Made by a program: the position numbers and the translations under genes | Shown: positions 61,601 to 64,000 of the stretch, piece after piece | Numbering within the stretch: the stretch's first letter is position 1 | Layout of the letters: each line of letters begins with the position of its first letter | The notes under the pieces: generated by a model | The model's database searches: none | What the model was told of the DNA's origin: nothing | The model's input: only the letters and a program-made list of their open reading frames with translations | Origin: Paragordius varius | Lineage: Eukaryota; Animalia; Nematomorpha | Length of the DNA stretch: 64,000 nt | Direction: 5' to 3' | NCBI GenBank assembly: GCA_964247055.1 | Contig: OZ176054.1 | Location: 8,680,001-8,744,000, forward strand

Positions 61601-64000
61601 TATAGAACTATACGAAATAATGCAAATAAAATACAAAATTGAATCCAAGATTGAATTTTTGTTCAACGTTTACCTGGATCTCAAATCTTCCCTTTTGACT
61701 AATAAAGAAAATCTTTCTGGGGTTCGCAACATTGTTTACACATTACTTATGAAATCGATTTTAATATCCACAAGTAATCATTTTTAATGGTTTAAGTATT
61801 TTACCTTTATGTTTTTATCGCTAAAATTTATGCTATATTCAGTTTAATTGTGTAAATCAGCACCTTAATTAAAAGTGCATTTTTTAAATCACAACCAAAA
61901 ATTTTAAATATGTGTAATTAACAATCCTTTATATTTTGACCAATTTAGGTTAATTATTCTTAGTATATTAAACATTAAACCACACATTTGTCCAAATAAA
62001 GTATTAATTATATTATGAAAATAGAAAAACATTATATTTTTGTGGTTAATAAATATAGGTAATGTAAAATCGGTCAGTTACGCAAACATTAAAAAAATAT
62101 GTACCGTTATAACCGAAACTCTGGGATGCGGTCCGGATAATTGGACCAAACTAGCCATCGCTATTGACATTGTGAAAGAAATTGTGGAAAAACATGATGT
62201 ATGGATTGAGGGTAAATACCAATTTAACCGCGATGACCGCCAAAATAGTATGTTTGACGACGATGTTTCAGATTCAGTTTTAACTGATGGTGGTTTCGGT
62301 ACTATGATGGGAGCGTCCAAAAAATCAATGGATAAATTCTACATGATCATTGAAAAAGACGTGAATCAAGAAGATTTTATTCAGGTAAAGCGTTAGGGGA
62401 CCTATGAATCGTAAAACACAATAAAATATTAATTTAGAAATCTTTAAAATTATTATGACGTTTATTGGGAATAAATTATTCTTAACTGTTCCGATTGAGA
62501 TTTAGTTTACCAATTTAAGTTTTGTGGTACAAAATTATCCTAAAATTTGATCGTCTATTTAAAAAGAAAATTAAAGTGAGTATAAGTTAATTAAAAATAA
62601 AAAACATAATATATTCTTTTTCATCTTAAATTTTTTAATAAATAGAATTTATAAAGCAAAAAATATTCCCGAAAGTGTTAAATGTGTATCAATGCATCTT
62701 GGTATACTACTTTTAAAATCAAACTATTGAAATATTATATTAGGGCCGTATGCCAGACAATCCCTACAGTTCTTTGGAGGAAGGTTTGGGTCCAACCATG
62801 AAGGATATCAAAAATAAAATATGCCGTGATTGTGAACTATTTGCCTTGTTAGATGATGATAGTTGTATGGAGTTATTGGTCGATAACAAAATAGTTAACC
62901 TATCATTAAGGGTCAAGGTAAAAACAAATATTTTTTCATAAAGAGTCCTATTGCCACCTCCCCGCGGTGTTGGTTGGGGCATGAAAAGGCGCTAAAGGCG
63001 CCAGTTTCTAATGACCTGTAAAATCATTAGTTGTACACAAGGGCATGTGTTACGTAAAAAATCGCCTCAGAATATGAATTACTTCGTGGTACGAAAACTC
63101 CGAATTCGGAGTCTTACTCTTTATGATGATGATGGAAGTAATGATTTTTATTGTTTCCAAAAAATATATTTGCCCAATTCCTCAGTGTAAATCAATATAA
63201 TTAGGTTCTTTTAGATTTAATTCTTAAATATGCGTTTAAAAATTATGTGATTGTTTTACAATACTAATTGGAAGCTAATAAATGAATAATTCAAATATCA
63301 CCCAAAACTCATGTAACATTGGTTAAAACGGTTGATACTAAAAATATCAAACTTTTTTACACTATGGATCAATTTTTTTATTTTTGAAAATTCGTTATTC
63401 TAAAAAATTTTGATTCATTTTACAATAGGATGTATATCAAAAGGTTTGGCGAGTTACACACCCAAACTCTGATACAATGGTCGTTATATACCGTATTCGG
63501 GGTTTATTAGGTGATGCGACTGAAACATTCATTGAAAGTTTTGATCCCATTCAAGATAAAAGGGAAAATAGTAACGAATCAAAAAATGATAACAAAACTA
63601 TACCTTTGAAAGATGTACAACCAATGAATACACTCGTTTTGGTTTTGAAAGAATCTCATTTTGCCGGATTTTTGCTTACTGTGTAATTTATTTAAAATTA
63701 GTATCATTGAATATAATATGTTAGCAGTTTGATAAATATGTGACAAATAAATTAAAAAAGAGCTCTTAGAGACATAAAATTAATGGAACAATTTTTAAAT
63801 TTTACAAAGTTATATTTCAATGCCGCAATCGATTGAATAACATGTTGAACGTTTTCTTAACAATTAATCTTATATTTTTTAATTTTATTAGAGTATTGTA
63901 TTTCTAAAACCCAATATGGTGTTTATCGTATCTCAATATTATGTATAATCATATAATGACAAATATTTCAAAAGATGATCTATATATATTATATTATTAT
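27957..64000 (+). CDS. UBR4: UBR4/p600 (purity of essence)-like giant N-recognin E3/E4 ligase, multi-exon, 3' truncated by the window end
   Basis: Recalled UBR4 motifs appear in the right order: UBR box (41048-41823), propeller segments [10 protein letters not shown] and [33 protein letters not shown], the Cys-rich zinc region (57272-57783), EDFIQ|[30 protein letters not shown] and VYQKVW...[23 protein letters not shown]. The region upstream of the UBR box is highly diverged. Its assignment to this gene, and the start ATG 27957, are inferred from exon continuity and orientation. Confidence 0.9.
33514..33743. mobile_element. Degenerate hAT (Charlie-type) MITE in a UBR4 intron
   Basis: The ends CAAGGTTGTTCAAAC...TTTGCGGGCTACATTTG and CGGGTCGCATGTTGGAAACCCTTA resemble the CAGGGGTxTCCAAAC-type TIRs with GCGGGCC subterminal motifs. 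The 8-bp TSD is not clean. Related single ends lie near 17555 and 31766. Confidence 0.45.
37738..37767 (+). repeat. 30-bp dispersed hairpin element, copy 2 (UBR4 intron)
   Basis: CTGTCCAGGGCTGACAGTGATGATGGAAAA is 29/30 identical to the reverse complement of 23583-23612. It lies in a G+C-richer patch (about 37700-37815). Confidence 0.85.
39642..39686. repeat. (TA)n microsatellite (others near 33910, 52190, 52320, 54370 and 55620)
   Basis: A long, pure TA dinucleotide run within an intron. It produces the YIYIYI artefacts in the ORF track. Confidence 0.95.
41048..41823 (+). other. UBR4: UBR-box zinc domain of UBR4 (two exons, 41048-41133 and 41676-41823)
   Basis: [16 protein letters not shown]|[49 protein letters not shown] is nearly identical to the recalled UBR4 box ([41 protein letters not shown]...[10 protein letters not shown]). 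Confidence 0.95.
57272..57783 (+). other. UBR4: Cys-rich zinc-binding region of UBR4 (two exons)
   Basis: [29 protein letters not shown]|[41 protein letters not shown] matches the recalled [52 protein letters not shown]. Confidence 0.93.
62936..63126 (+). ncRNA. Structured GC-rich 191-bp intronic element with 11-bp terminal inverted repeats and an HDV-like ribozyme core
   Basis: The perfect IR is TCATAAAGAGT (62936-46) / ACTCTTTATGA (63116-26). HDV-like core: P2 UGCC (62952-55)/GGCG (62997-63000), P3 ACC/GGU, L3 UCCCCGC, P1 3' strand GUUGGUU, P1.1 GG, short P4, then GCUAAA with catalytic-position C62992. No convincing P1 5' strand was found. Confidence 0.6.

Noticed and set aside
63066-63112. 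Second hammerhead-like motif (GAAA-ACUCCG-AAUU-CGGAGU-C ending in GUC)
   Set aside because: It has one extra A before stem III and no CUGANGA upstream on either strand. CUAAUGA at 63008 lacks the essential G5 and is tied up in its own hairpin.

Overview
This is very AT-rich, intron-dense eukaryotic (animal-like) genomic DNA, not prokaryotic, so most ORF-track entries are exon fragments or spurious. Four spliced genes are recognisable. Nup160 (+, about 150-10794) probably starts just before the window. A secreted astacin metalloprotease (+, 14110-23009) has signal-pro-astacin-EGF-CUB-TSP1 architecture. TBL1/ebi (-, 23287-27916) is a LisH-WD40 gene. A very large UBR4/p600 (+, 27957 onward) runs off the window end. 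Between Nup160 and the astacin is a head-to-head pair of intronless, paralogous single-pass membrane ORFs that I do not recognise. The introns hold a TIR-bounded MITE family, hAT-like relics and two self-cleaving-ribozyme-type motifs, both on the host sense strand. One is a type I hammerhead with an intact core (22085-22127) in an astacin intron. The other is an HDV-like ribozyme core inside a 191-bp element bounded by inverted repeats (62936-63126) in a UBR4 intron. Several introns are only 21-29 nt long, and the TBL1 and putative UBR4 start codons are only 40 bp apart. Gene identities come from recalled motif similarity, not database searches, and exon structures were traced by hand.
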